A DNA stretch of 64,000 nt, taken from NCBI RefSeq assembly GCF_006345805.1, contig NW_021832281.1:62001-126000 (forward strand), in the 5' to 3' direction. A program made the position numbers and the translations under genes. How positions within the stretch are numbered: position 1 is the first letter of the stretch; each line of letters starts with the position of its first letter. The notes below the pieces were generated by a model that was not told where the DNA came from, searched no databases, and saw nothing but the letters and a program-made list of their open reading frames with translations. Source of the stretch: Octopus sinensis (Eukaryota). Positions 1 to 13,208 of this stretch are shown here, piece after piece.

Positions 1-181
1 TGTTAATGAATCCTGCAGGTACAGAAATGAAATGGGTCATGAAACGGAAAGGGGACACTTTGAATAGGACATACAATTAAACAAGCATCAAATAAAATTT
101 TCATGTGTAATTAATTATACTGTTAATAAATTATTCTTATGATATGCAACTTTTGCCTTACCCCATGTATATCTGTCTAGG

Positions 182-214
<33 letters not shown>

Positions 215-222
215 TATATATA

Positions 223-383
223 GTGACGTATTTTTGCCATTTCAATATGGCTAACCCCTAAGGGTGGATGCTACTGTAGTTTTTAGCCCCAGGAGGACAC
301 ACTGTGTGTCCTCCTGGGGCTAAAAACTACAGTAGCATCCACCCTTAGGGGTTAGCCATATTGAAATGGCAAAAATACGTCAC
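223..383. repeat. Perfect 161-bp palindrome (80-bp arms, 1-nt centre), MITE-like
   Basis: gtgacgtattttt...ggacacac-t-gtgtgtcc...aaaaatacgtcac; diverged single-arm copy at 61587-61646. Confidence 0.9.
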
Positions 384-2501
384 GATGTGTTACCGCTACT
401 GTATATAACTCACTTTGATATTTATCATTATATATATATATACACACACTTTATTTAAAGCAGCAGAAAATTCAACAAAACCTGTTACCCTGAGTTTCAC
501 GTTGCCGTTCGTCGGAGAGTTTTTGCTATATATATATGTGCCGGTGACACGTAAAAAGCATCATTTGAGCGTGATTGTTACCAGCGTCACCTTACTGGCC
601 AATGAAGGGAGGTTGGTTCTGGGTGTCAGTCGTCGAATTTGGTTCGATTTCAATTTCACTTGCCTCAACAGGTCTTCACAAGCAGAGTTTTGTGTCCGAA
701 GAAGGAAAGGCATGCATGAGTGGACTGGCTATATATATACACATATATATATGTATATATATATATATATATATAAAGTTAATCCAAACATGAAAGCACA
801 AAAATACACAACAACGCGAGGACGTGGAACAAACATAGTACCATTGGACGCTCAGGAAAGAAGGAGGGTTTAACATTTCGAGTGGAGCTCTTCGTCGGAA
901 ACATAGAAGGAAAGATCCAGAGAAGGGAAGACAGAGGGAAAAAAAAAAAAAATCGCCAACGGTACACACGAGTTCACATTTTGAAAGACCATATATATAT
1001 ATATATGTATGTAAAATTGCAATGTGTATATATACATTTTATATACATCACTGTCATATGTGAAGTTGACACATACAACTGTAGTAGTGTTGACATTAAA
1101 ATCATTCAAACTATATACAATGTTAGTGATGATGATGATGATGATGATGGTGGTGATAGTAATGGTGATGATGATGATGACAAAATGAAGATTCTGAAAA
1201 ATGTATTTAAAACACATTTATTTAAAAAAAAAAGAACAAAAAAAAACCAGAAAATAAACGGAGAATATTAGTAATAGTAGTAATATTGGTGGTGGTGGTG
1301 GTGGTATTTGTGTTTGCAATTAAGAGTAGTTGTTGTAGCAATGTTTTTTGTTGTCTTTTTTTTTTTTCAGAAGGAAGAAGAGACAGAAGAGGAGGCACTT
1401 TTTTTTTTAGTTCCTGAAAAAAGAATAATGAAAAAAAAAAAAAAGAGAAAAAGTATCTTTGTACATAACAATTCGCTCTTGAGACAGAAGAAAGGGGGAG
1501 ATGGGTTTGGGGGGTAGGGGACAGAGAAGGCCTCATTTTTGGGGAGGGAGTAGGGGTTTCAGGAGTCAAGGGTGAGAGATTGCTGGTGGGTTGGCAAGGT
1601 TTCTTTTTTTTTCTTTTCTTTTTTCTTTCTTGCTTGTTTCAGTCACTTGACTGCGGCCATGCTGGAGCACCGACTTTAGTCAAACAAATCGACCCCAGAG
1701 CTTATTCTGCGAAAGCCTAGTTCTTATTCCATCGGATCTCTTTCGTCGAACCGCTAAGTCACGGGGACATAAACACACCAACATCGGTTGTCAAGCGATG
1801 GTGGGGGGACAAACAAACAAACAAACACACACATATATATATATATATACCCGATGGGCTTCTTCCAGTTTCCGTCCACCAAACCCACTCACAAGGCTTT
1901 GATCGGCCCAAGGCTTAAGTAGAAGAGAGACATTTGCCCAAGGTCCCACGCAGTGGGACTGAACCCATGACCATGTGGTTGCTAAGCAAAATTTCTAATC
2001 CAACAAAATCGTCCCCTCCCCCATCCATCCACAAACACATTGCTGCCGCCACCAAACACGCAATATAATAAATGATTTTTTTAAAACTTACAAAAGGCCT
2101 CTCAAATTTATTATTATCATTATTATTACTATTATTATTATTGTTTCCATAATAATTAATTAATAATAACCATCAATGTTGTTGCAGTTGCAGTCCTTTT
2201 AAAAAAAAATGATTACACCAGCCCCACCCAACTCATTCTCAGAGCAGAAGGAGAAACAGGGGGTATATAGGTGCGTATGTATATATATGCTTGGGTGTGT
2301 CTGTATGTAGGTATGTGTGTTTGTACCTCTGTGCGTATGTGTGTCCAGAGGTGAACTGGATTCCCTGATATTTGCCAAAAACCAATTTTTATACTACTTT
2401 GGCAGAACGATAACTAGACAATTCCATAGGAAAAGCCCTTAAAGGTCCACGCTGCTGAAAGAGCAGAATGAACTCAACCAGCGCCACTTGTCTCCGTAAA
2501 C

Positions 2502-2720
2502 CAGTGCTTTTCAACCTTTTTGCTGGAGCGGAACCCCAAGGAAACATTCCACTGGCTCGAGGAACCCCTGTGCAATAATTTAATAGTCTTATGCACAAAT
2601 ATCTGCACAGGAGAATTAAAAATTACTGCCGATTTTAGCAGTTTTGTAACTTCTTGCGGAACCCCTGGACTGTACTGGTGGAACCCTAAGGTTCAGCAGA
2701 ACCCTGGTTGAAAACCACTG
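2502..2720. mobile_element. hAT-type MITE
   Basis: 15-bp TIRs cagtgcttttcaacc / ggttgaaaaccactg and perfect 8-bp TSD ccgtaaac (2494-2501, 2721-2728). Confidence 0.9.
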
Positions 2721-2937
2721 CCGTAAACAAGTTGGCTACATTTGTTTGTTTTTTTGTTTGCTGTGCAGTTTCCTCGTTAGATCCATAAACTTAGTTTTCT
2801 GTCGCAAATATAGGAAGGATAATTAAAGCAAATGTTTATATAAAGGATAAAGACCCCCTTCAGTCACGAATGACCGTGGGATTGCACCTAGAAAGTTCCT
2901 CTCCTTTAATTAACGTTAATTTCAAATTTTAGCACAT

Positions 2938-3332
2938 AGGCGCAGGAGTGGCTGTGTGGTAAGTAGCTTGCTTACCAACCACATGGTTCTGGGTTCAGTC
3001 CCACTGCATGGCACCTTGGCAAGTGTCTTCTACTATAGCTTTGGGCCGACCAAAGCCTTGTGAGTGGATTTGGTAGACGGAAACTAAAAGAAGCCTGTCG
3101 TATATATGTATATGTGCGTGTATGTTTGTGTGTCTGTGTTTGTCCCACCCCAACATTGCTTGACAATCGATGCTGGTGTGTTTACGTCCCCGAAACTTAG
3201 CAGTTTGGCAAAAGATACCAATAGAATAAGCACTAGGCTTACAAAGAATGAGTCCTGGGGTCGATTTGTTCAACTAAAGGCAGTGCTCCAGCATGGCAGC
3301 AGTCAAATGACCGAAACATGTAAGAGAGAGTA
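2938..3332 (+). mobile_element. tRNA-derived SINE family A (head ggcgcaggagtggctgtgtggtaag), representative copy
   Basis: Many copies: ~1625-1990(-), 4090-4600(-), 8390-8567(-), 9995-10392, 15287-15607, 16395-16900(-), 19690-20100(-), 31868-32640, 37289-37855, 39012-40705(-), 52772-53610, 55094-56043, 59925-60130(-); B-box-like ggttcagtccc, (TA/TG)n core, aaagagt tail. Confidence 0.9.
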
Positions 3333-4871
3333 AAGGTCAACAATTTTAGGAGATGTCCTATGTCAGTTATGTCAACCCCTGTGTTCAACTGGTACTTATA
3401 TTTTTGACCCTGCAAGGATGAAAGGCAAAGTCGACCTTGGCGGCATTTGAACTTGGGACATAAAGTTGGAAGAAATGCCATTTGTCAAGTGTGGTCACAA
3501 TGCTGCCAGCTCACCATTTTAATGAAGAGCTATTTAACAAAGTGTTGTTTTATTGCAAATTTTGAGAATCTTTTACGAAGAACCCGTGATTAACGTTTTG
3601 CGGTTAAGCGAAACAGCTGTAAAGTATTTCTGGCATCTCACCCATTGTGTAAATATATACATGTATATGTATATATAAACATTGATGTAGAACTGTATCA
3701 ATGTATGTATATATATATATACAGGTATGTTTATCTGTGTATGTCTTATGCAATAAAATCGATACAAAAAAGGGTACATTGATCATGCTGCAGGGATGCA
3801 AGACCCAACATTTCAGCCTGGGTCCTCCTTCAGAGGGACATTGAGAGGAGAGAAATATATAGGAGAGACCAGAGTTTTACATTCTCTGAGTTGAGAGGAA
3901 AAAAAAACTGGCTGCAACCAAGAGCAAGGAAGACTCTCTTGTCTTTCAGTCATTTTTCTCCTTTTCTGCCTTTTTTTTTTTTACTTGTTTTAGTCAACAG
4001 ACCGTGGCCAAGCTGGGGTAACGCCTTGAAGAATTTTTAGCCAAAATCAATCAAACCCCAGTACATTTTTTTTTTTATCAACCCTGATACTTATTCTATA
4101 AGTCTCATTTGCTGAACCATTAGGTTACAGGGACGTAAACACACCAGTTGTCAAGAGGCGAGAGAGACGGGGTGCAAAAACAGGGGCTTCTTTTCGGTTT
4201 CCGTCTAGCAAATCCACTCGCAAGGCTTCGGTTGGCTCAAGGCTATAGGAGAAGACACTTGCCCAAGGTGCCACGCAGTGGGACTGAACCCGGAACTATG
4301 TGGTTGGTTAGCAAGCTACTTACCACACAGCCATGGCTGGTACTTTTTCTATCAGTCTCTTTTGCCAAACTGCTAAGTAACGGGGACATAAACACACCAA
4401 CACCTGTTAAGCGGTGGTGGAGGACAAACAGACACAAAGACACATACACATACATATATATACAACAGGCTTCTTTCAGTTTCTGTCTACCAAATCTACT
4501 CACAAGGCTATAATAGAAGACAACTTTCCCAAAGTGCCACACGGTAGGACTGAACCCGGAACCACGTGGTTGGGAAGCAAGCTTCTTACCACATGACCAT
4601 GCGTGCACCAGTCAGCTTTTCTCTGGAGAAGAACACCACATGAAACGTTGGATCTTCCATGCCTCCCCGCAAGTTTACTGCACCTTGTTTATCCATTTTA
4701 CTATATGCGAGCCTTTCCAATGCAGACCATCACCCAGTATCTTTGGAATATGTCTGATCATATAAGTATGAATGCATGTGTGTGTATGTATGTAAGTATG
4801 AATGTATGTATACATATATATAAATATAGGTATGTGGCTATGTAGAGTGCACTGTGCACCACCTGGCACCG

Positions 4872-5416
4872 TTAAAACAGGTATTTTCTGCAGTTTGCTG
4901 CACCGCACTGGCACACGATGCGATATTGCTTCCCGTCCTCTGTTAGCTTGGCGTCGTTGCGAGGTAGCGAAGTAGGAGCCTCGATGCCTTGGCCGTCGGG
5001 GAGAGAAGCATTGTCTACAGTATTGGTGACGACTTCTGTTGAGCTGCTTTTGTCATCGTCATCATCTGCTCCGTTCATGGTGGTGGTGTTGTTATTGCTG
5101 TTGTTGTTGTGAGGCTGCGTGACTTGCGAGTTGTCGGGGTTGGCCGCTGGGGGCTCGGCTAGGCCCGTGGTGGGCGCAGCCGACGCAGGGGTAGTTGAAC
5201 CTTCCTCGTTGTTGTTGTTGTTATTGTTGGTGGTGGTGGTGGCGGTAGCGGTGTCGTTTCCATGGCAATCCGTTGTGTGAGAGAGCAGCCCCATGCGGCT
5301 GGGCAGCTTCTTGACGGGTTCGTCCGTGTGGTCGCCGCCCTTGTTGGCTCCTGGGGACGAGGGGTCGGCCATTGCAGAGGAGGTAGAAGTGTTGAACGCT
5401 GATTGGTTGGCATCGA
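4872..5416 (-). CDS. SUV39H: SUV39H coding exon 6: long low-complexity linker plus post-SET (YRIVCQCGAANCRKYLF*)
   Basis: tttgcag acceptor at 5417, phase 1 gives GTC then open frame into ORF 4872-5372; post-SET CxCxxxxC and RKYLF terminus typical of SUV39H; TAA at 4872-4874. Confidence 0.93.
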
Positions 5417-5628
5417 CTGCAAACGAGAATGCAACAAATTAAAAAAAAACACAAACAAACAAAAAGTTTTATTTTATAGATTCGTTAGGTACGAAGAAGG
5501 TAGGGGTGATATGTCAGATGAGAAGCAGGGGTCACATCATGTCGAGTGTGAGTGGTTGGTAAGCAAGCTACTTTACCACAGAGCCACTCCTAAATTTTAG
5601 AGCTTAAGATTTTAACACTCTTATTTTG

Positions 5629-6337
5629 TAACCCTTTCGTTACCGTATTTATTTTGAGGTGCTCTGTGTTTCTTTCAATTAATTTTAAATATAACAAAGA
5701 ATTTAGTAAAATAACTTAGTTATCATTCATCCAGTGTTAGGAACATAAATTGTGACTAAGGTTTGGTGGAAGATTTTAATTCAAAACTTATGAAAACAAG
5801 AAATTTGTACTCAGAGCCAGCTTCAGCCAGGTTGGTATCAAAAGGGTTAAGAATTGTTACTCTATTATATATCTTAACCCTTTTGTTACCATATGCTCTG
5901 GGTTTCTTTCAATTACTTTAAATATAACAAAGAATTTAATAAAATAACTTATCATTCAGCTAGTGTTAGGAACATAAATTGTGGCTAAGGTTTGGTGGAA
6001 GATTTTAATTCAAAACTTATGAAAACAAGACATTTGTACTCAGAGCCAGAAGTGGTTTCAACCAGGTTGATATCAAAAGGGTTAAAAATTGATTCTCTAT
6101 TATACATCTTAACCCTTTCGTTACCATATTTCTGCTGAGATGTTCTGTGTTTCTGTCAATTACTTTAAATATAACAAAGAATTTAGTAAAATAACTTAAT
6201 TCTCATTAAGCTAGTGTTAGGAACATAAATTGTGACTAAGGTTTGGTGGAAGATTTTAATTCAAAACTTAAGAAAACAAAACATTTGTATTACAGAGCCA
6301 GAGGTGGTTTCAGCCAGGTTGGTACCAAAAGGGTTAA
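5629..6337. mobile_element. Three tandem piggyBac-like MITEs
   Basis: Units bounded by TTAA-CCCTTT...AAAGGG-TTAA, separated by 23-bp spacers; in SUV39H last intron. Confidence 0.8.
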
Positions 6338-7509
6338 AGAATGTTGCAAGAGAAAATCGATTCATAACAATGAATGTAAAAAATAAAATGAGGGACGGCA
6401 AACGTGTTATAAATTGAGTTTTTGATCATTATTCAAAATTTCAAGTGGACTGCGGAGCCTGAAGATGGCAACGTAAGAACTTCAGATTATAACAGAGTTA
6501 TTTTTAAAGGATTTCGCAATAAAAAATATATTCTTGAAAACATTTTTCAAAAATCTGTGTAAAAAAAAGTAACTTTTTTGCTCCACCCTACTATATGTGG
6601 AGGCTGGTTCTGTTAAAAATAGCAGCCAAATCTCCCTCAAACCACACCCCATGTCTAAGTATGTATAACTTCTTAGCATTCAGATTACTCTATCAAATGT
6701 AATCCTTATTTATTCACGCAGCTGTGATACCAGTGCCGGTGGCACATAAGGGAACCATTCGAATGTGGCCGTTGCCAGTGCCGCCCCGACCGGCACGTAA
6801 AAAGCACCATCCGATAGTGGCCGTTTGCCAGCCTCGCCTGGCCTCCGTGCTGGTGGCACATAAAAAGCACCCACTACACTCTTGGAGTGGTTGGCGTTAG
6901 GAAGGGCATCCAGCCGTAGAAACATTGCCAGATCAGACTGGAGCCTGGTGCAGCCTTCTGGCTTCTCAGACCCCAGTTACACCGTCCAACCCATGCCAGC
7001 ATGGAAAGCGGACGCTAAACGATGATGATGATGATGTTGTTTTGAATTAATCATGCATTATCACATAGCTTTGAGGTTTCAGTGATGTGATTGTTTATTT
7101 TTAGTATGACATTGTGGGGTAGGTGTGAGAGGCAGGATCTGGCTGATTTGAACGTGAAAGAGTTAAGGCATCGTTATTACTCAATCACAACCAGTTAATA
7201 TGCATCTCTTTCTAGTAATTGTTTTAAGTCCTTGTGTATCCACAAGCAGAGAGGGAGAGAATAGGTCTCAGATCATCTGGGAGAGTGTTAACATGTGATA
7301 GACCGGTGCCTTATCCAGGAGGAGATTTATCTCACATCACAATGTGTCTGATAAAACACTATATTCTACGTTATCTCAGTTCACATGTAGCCGTGTTGAG
7401 GGAGAGAATAGCTACCAGATCATCTGGGGGAGTGTTAACATGTGATAGACTAGTGCCTTATCCAGGGAGAGATATCTTTATCTTTCACTTCACAGCATGA
7501 AACCACAGC

Positions 7510-7870
7510 TAAACTGTTCCAGTTGTGACCATCCTGTCTTTTATTCAGGCATAATGTACCTAGGACTACATTATCTAATGTGTCCTTCTTGTTGTTTAGC
7601 CCCAGCAGACCTATGATCAAAGATGTTCCAGTTGTGACCATCCTGTCTTTTATTCAGGCACAGTGTATCTAGGACTACATTACCTAATGTGTCCCTCCTT
7701 GTCGATGTTGTTTAGCCCCAGGTCAGTCTCGATCCAGCTTACCTCTGATCAAAGATGTTCCTGCTATGACCATCCTGTCTTTTATTCAGGCACAGCGTAT
7801 CTAGGACTACATTACCTAATGTGTCCCTCCTTGTTGATGTTTAAACCCAGGTCAATCCCGATCCTACAGA
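7510..7870. repeat. Tandem repeat family (~110-135 bp units), also at 26920-27220
   Basis: gaccatcctgtcttttattca...tatctaggactac...tgatcaaagatgttcc repeated about 3x here and about 2.3x at 26920-27220. Confidence 0.75.
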
Positions 7871-8000
7871 GCTGTAACCAAAACTGTTTTACCATGTAAC
7901 GTAGCCCTTTTCTCTGGTGTGCAAGCTGAGAGACATTTAGCTGCTATTTCTAGTTGTCTGGATCAACCATGTGTGTGTGTGCAGGTGAAGGAACACTTAC

Positions 8001-8130
8001 CTGTCATCATGTAGTCGAAGGTCAACTCCTCTCCCTTAGCAATATCTCGTTTGGCAAACAAAGCGATCCGAGGTAAGCGTGGATCAAGGGTGTTAATCCA
8101 CACGCCAAACACTTCCAAATTGGGGTCACA
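8001..8130 (-). CDS. SUV39H: SUV39H coding exon 5, SET domain (CDPNLEVFGVWINTLDPRLPRIALFAKRDIAKGEELTFDYMMT)
   Basis: 130 nt, phase 0-1; ccgcag acceptor, G|GTAAGT donor; ELTFDY motif. Confidence 0.97.
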
Positions 8131-9075
8131 CTGCGGATGAAAGACGGAAGATAATGAGGTCGGGTCAACGATGGTATCAGGGTCAACAACCATTTGCGTG
8201 TGTCAGTAGTGAAAAGATTTACAAGAATCACATAGTTTTCTTTTGAATTTAAATATCACACCAGACATTGTAAGGATCAATTTGAAATACGCTAATGCCT
8301 TGATATAAGAGTTAATTTGTCCCCGGAAACCGCTCGTTAAGCGAAAACTTGTAATGCAGAGAAATAATTAGTCAAGTGATGTTGGGGGCACAAACACAGA
8401 CACACATATATACGATGGGCTTCTTTCAGTTTCCGTCTACCAAATCCACTCACAAGGCTTTGGTCGGCCCGAGGCTATAGTAGAAGACACTTGCCCAAGG
8501 TGCCACACAGTGGGACTGAACCCAGAACCATGTTGTTGGGAAGCAAGCTACTTACCACACAGCCACTCAACAGACTATTTCTTATTTCTTTATTGCCCAC
8601 AAGGGGCTAAACATAAAGGGGACAAACAAGGACAGACAAATGGATTAAGTCGATTATATCGACACCAGTGCGTAACTGGTGCTTAATTTATCGACCCCGA
8701 AAGGATGAAAGGCAAAGTCGACCTCGGTGGAATTTGAACTCAGAACGTAACGACAGACAAAATACCGCTAAGGATTTCGCCTGGCGTGCTAACATTTCTG
8801 CCAGTTGGCCACCCAGTAGAACAGACTATTTCTACTAACATCCAATATAACAAGGTGTAATACCTTAATTGGCAGCAGAGACTATTTCCATTAATATCCA
8901 ACCTTAATTAATAGAAATTAACACCTTAATTAGTAGGACAGATTATTTCTATTTATGTCCAACATAAAGTATAACACCTTAATTTCTACTAATGACCAAC
9001 ATAAGATATCACACCTGTAATTAAAACAACCTGACACCCAAAAGCCTCATTATGCCACAAAATTAGGGAACTTAC

Positions 9076-9228
9076 CGAATGGTTCACAAAATGCGACACG
9101 TTTCCATAGTAACCGGCGTCCACAGTGAACGGGCAATCGCCGTCGTTGTAATCTAAGTCAAACAGGTAGGTTCGACCCTCAGCATCGTAACGTTTGCCTC
9201 GTCTCTCTGCTTCTTCATTTGTTATTAC
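9076..9228 (-). CDS. SUV39H: SUV39H coding exon 4, SET domain ([27 protein letters not shown]...HFVNHS)
   Basis: 153 nt phase 0-0; ccag acceptor, TCG|GTAAGT donor; canonical FVNHS motif. Confidence 0.97.
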
Positions 9229-11429
9229 CTGGGAAAGAAAAGAAAGAGGGGAAATAGAGAAAGGGAACAACAAATGCTGCCTGCTCCAGGAATTGAACCC
9301 ACACCTTCACGATCACTGTGCACCCACGGCTGAAACTCGGAGCAGCAACGGACTGACTTGACCAAAATGAAATACTTTCTTATTACCTGTTTCTTTACTA
9401 CCCACAAGGGGCAAAACACAGAGGGGACAAACAAGGACAGACAAAGGGATTAAGTTGATTACATCGACCCCAGTGCGTAACTGGTACTTATTTAATCGAC
9501 CCCGAAAGGACGAAAGGCAAAGTCGACCTCGGCGGAATTTGAACTCAGAACGTAGCAGTAGACGAAATACCTATTTCTTTACTAACCACAAGGGGCTAAA
9601 CACAGAGAGGACAAACAAGGACAGACAAACGGATTGAGTTGATTATATCGACCCTAGTGCGTAACTGGTACTTATTTAACCAACTCCGAAAGGATGAAAG
9701 GCAAAAATCGACCTCGGAGGAATTTGAACTCACAAAGTAGCAGCAGACAAAATACTGCTAAGCATTTCGCCCGGCGTGCTAACCATTCTGCCAGCTCGCC
9801 GCCTTCTTTCTTATTACCATAGTAACAAGTACTCCTTCGTTCCATCAGTCAACACTGAATGATGTGTGTGTGTGTGTGTTGGACAAAAGTTGTTTTGACT
9901 GTAACCCGTGTACCAGCTTTAGCCACGACAGCCAAATAGCCAAACTGACATTACAACCCCCAACTGCACAAATATAAACACAGTCTGATGATTAGGTGCA
10001 GGAGTGGCTGTGTGGTAAGTAGCTTGCTAACCAACCGCATGGTTCCGGGTTCAGTCCCACTGCGTGGCACCATGGGCAAGTGTCTTCTACTATAGCCTCG
10101 GGCCGACCAATGCCTTGTGAGTGGATTTGATAGACAGAAACTGAAAGAAGCCTGTCGTATATATGTATACATATATATATGCGTGTGTGTGTTTGTCCCC
10201 CCAGCATTGTTTGACAACCGATGCTGGTGTGTTTATGTCCCCGTCACTTAGCGGTTTGGCAAAAGAGACCGATAGAATAAGTACTGGGCTTACAAAGAAT
10301 AAGTCCCGGGTTCGAGGTGCTCGATTAAAGGCGGTGCTCCAGCATGGCCGCAGTCAAATGACTGAAACAAGTAAAAGAGTAAAAAAGAGTAAAAGAGCTA
10401 GCTGAGTGCCGTTCATTGAGTAATTCCTACTTCCAAGGTTCTGCTAGCAAGGAGACACATCTAGCCTGGACTTTTATCTGCTCCATTCACCTCAATTCGG
10501 ATTCTTATTAGCATACATAGCAACCCTAGTTGCGAGCTGTGAACTATAAAATAACTTTTTTCAGTTTATCAAACTTCGATATGGGAAAAACCCACAACCG
10601 GAAATTGAAAGAAACCTGTCATATGTATATATGTGTGTCTGTGTTTGTCCCTCCAACAGACAACTGATGCTGGTGTGTTTACGGCATGTATAGATAGGGA
10701 GACTTAGGTTAGATATCCTAAGGAGCCAATTGGGGCAGTCCATGCTGATAGAAGATGGAGTTCGGTTTTAACATTAATGGAATTAGTAGTTGTGATACCA
10801 GTGCCGGTGGTACATAAGAGAACCATCCGAACGTGGCCGTTGCCAGCGCAGCCCCGACTGGCCTCGTGCCGGTGGCATGTAAAAAGCACCATCTGATTGT
10901 GGCCGTTTGCCAGCCTCGTCTGGCGTGTAAAAAGCACCCACTACACTCACGGAGTGGTTGGTGTTAGGAAGGGCATCCAGCCATAGAAACACTGCCAGAT
11001 CAAGACTGGAACCTGGTGCAGCCCTCGGGCTTCCCAGACCCCAGTCGAACCGTCCAACCCGTGCCAGCATGGAAAGCGGACGCTAAACGATGATGATGAT
11101 CATGAATTAATATTCCTTTCATTGCCATGGTTTCTTTTTAGTATGTACTTTGGTATGTGTCATTAAGTGTCCGACTGGGAGTGGTGCAGCCTTCTGGCTT
11201 CCCAGACCCCAGTCGAACAATCCAACCCATGCCAGCATGGAAAGTGGACGCTAAACGATGATGATGATGATGATGATAGTTATCCAGGGGTTCTTTGACC
11301 CTATCATTGATGCTCCTAGAAGTCTCAGTAGGGGCATCAATGGTTGACTAAAAAACAGAAAGGCACAAGCAGTAGGTTATACAAAAACTCACGAAACAGC
11401 AGCGAAGTGTAAGAAACATATGAACGTAC

Positions 11430-12287
11430 CTCACCAACGTATTCCATCACAAAAGATCCTCGTTTAATTTTCTGAACAGTTTTCACGCCCCATCCGCGCC
11501 CGTTGGATGTGCGGAAGACACACACTTTGAACTTGCGACCTTGCTGAACCACCCGATTCGGGCACTCGGGCCCGCACTTACACCGCCGGTTGCACTCATA
11601 TATCGGGACGCCGCGTCCCACCCTGAGCCGCTTGCCGCGATAGTATGCAAACTCCGTGCCGCAGTTGGCCGGGCAGCATGACTTTCGCTCACCGTAACAG
11701 TCCGTGCACTCGCACCCCACGAGGGGATCCTGTGGGATGTCGATGCCATCCATCGCTTTGTAGTCGTTGATGTATTCGAAGTTCTCGGGCGGCCCTTCCA
11801 GGTCGACCAAGTTCTCAACACATATGGGCGAAGGGTCGGCACACACGGCGTTCAACTTGTCCTGCCATTCCCTGAGCGCCATCTGCACCATGTGTTTTGT
11901 CTGCTTGTAGTGTTTGCTCTTGGTGTTGTTGTAGTTGTTGTGTCGGATGCGCCTCGGCTTCCGGTCCTTACACATCATGAGGCCCTTAATGATCTTGTTA
12001 GCGCCGCCGTGTTTCACTGTGGTCAGCGACATGATCTGCATCGGCGTGATCCGTTCGTGGACAGGAGATCGGAACAGTTTGTCGAAGAGCTCCTCCACGC
12101 GCCGCCGCTTGTTCACCACATCCCCAGAGTTGCGGTTGTCGGGTGTGGATCGTTTGCGTGACTTCAAAGCAGCCCTTTTTCTGTGGTATTCGTCGATCAG
12201 TTCGTGGCATTCCAGGTTAGCCTCAGGTTCCCAGGTATTGAACTCACTACTCCAGCCTTTCCATTTGATGTAATAATAATTCACATC
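11430..12287 (-). CDS. SUV39H: SUV39H coding exon 3: chromodomain C-half, basic linker, pre-SET zinc cluster, SET N-terminus
   Basis: 858 nt phase 0-0; YYYIKWKGWSSEFNTWEP, GCECTDC..CCP..YECNRRCKCGPECPNR, RGWGV, FVMEYVGE; ttgcag acceptor, GAG|GTACGT donor. Confidence 0.97.
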
Positions 12288-12357
12288 CTGCAACAGACAA
12301 ATGAAAACAATTAAACACTCGTTAATCAATTAAATTGATGCATAACCATGTGCGCAT

Positions 12358-12394
<37 letters not shown>

Positions 12395-13208
12395 TATATA
12401 CATATACACACACACACATATACATGCACACACACACACATATACATGCACACACACACACATATACATGCACACACACATATACACATACATACACACT
12501 CAACAATCAATAACATGTACAAAGAAAATCATATCTTTATTTCAGATCACACCTTAAAAATCCAACAAAAGGTCATCACAAGCGTAGCATATGACCCAAT
12601 GTTTGAACGGTGCTGTTAACAGGCCAGTTACACAACACTGGTATCAGCCACAACTATGACCGACCTCACTTGGTTTGACAGGTCTTCTCAAGGACGGCAT
12701 AACTCCAAAGGTCTTGGTCACTTGTCACTACCTCCATGAGGCCCAATGCTTGAACAGTGCTTTTTACGTGCCACCGGCATGGGTGCCAATCATGCGGGAC
12801 TGGCACTTCGCTCAGTTCAACAGGTCTTCACAAGCACAGCACATCACCCAATGATCAAAGGGTGCTTTTAATGGTCAAGTTATGTGACATTGGCATCAGC
12901 TACGACTACGACCTCACTTGGCTCGACAGGCCCTCTCAAGCGCAGCATATCGCCAAAGGCCTCGGTCTCTTGTCCTTACCTCTGTGAGGCCCAACATTCA
13001 AAGACTGAGCCTCACCACCTCGTCCCATGCCTACATAAACGCTAAATTCATCACTGACAGAGGGGGACACAGAAACGGGGTCGGGTGGGGCTGAAGTAAA
13101 TATTTATATATTGTGATGTAACAGTTAGGATTTGGGGTGAGCAAGGAGTGAAGGGATGGGGATGGGGGTGGAGGAAGAGGTTAAGTGAGAATGAATGAAT
13201 GCCCCTAC

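Noticed and set aside
12150-12190. Possible H3K9-mimic motif (KSRKRSTP) in the SUV39H basic linker
   Set aside because: Does not match the ARKS/ARKT consensus; more simply read as a nuclear localisation signal
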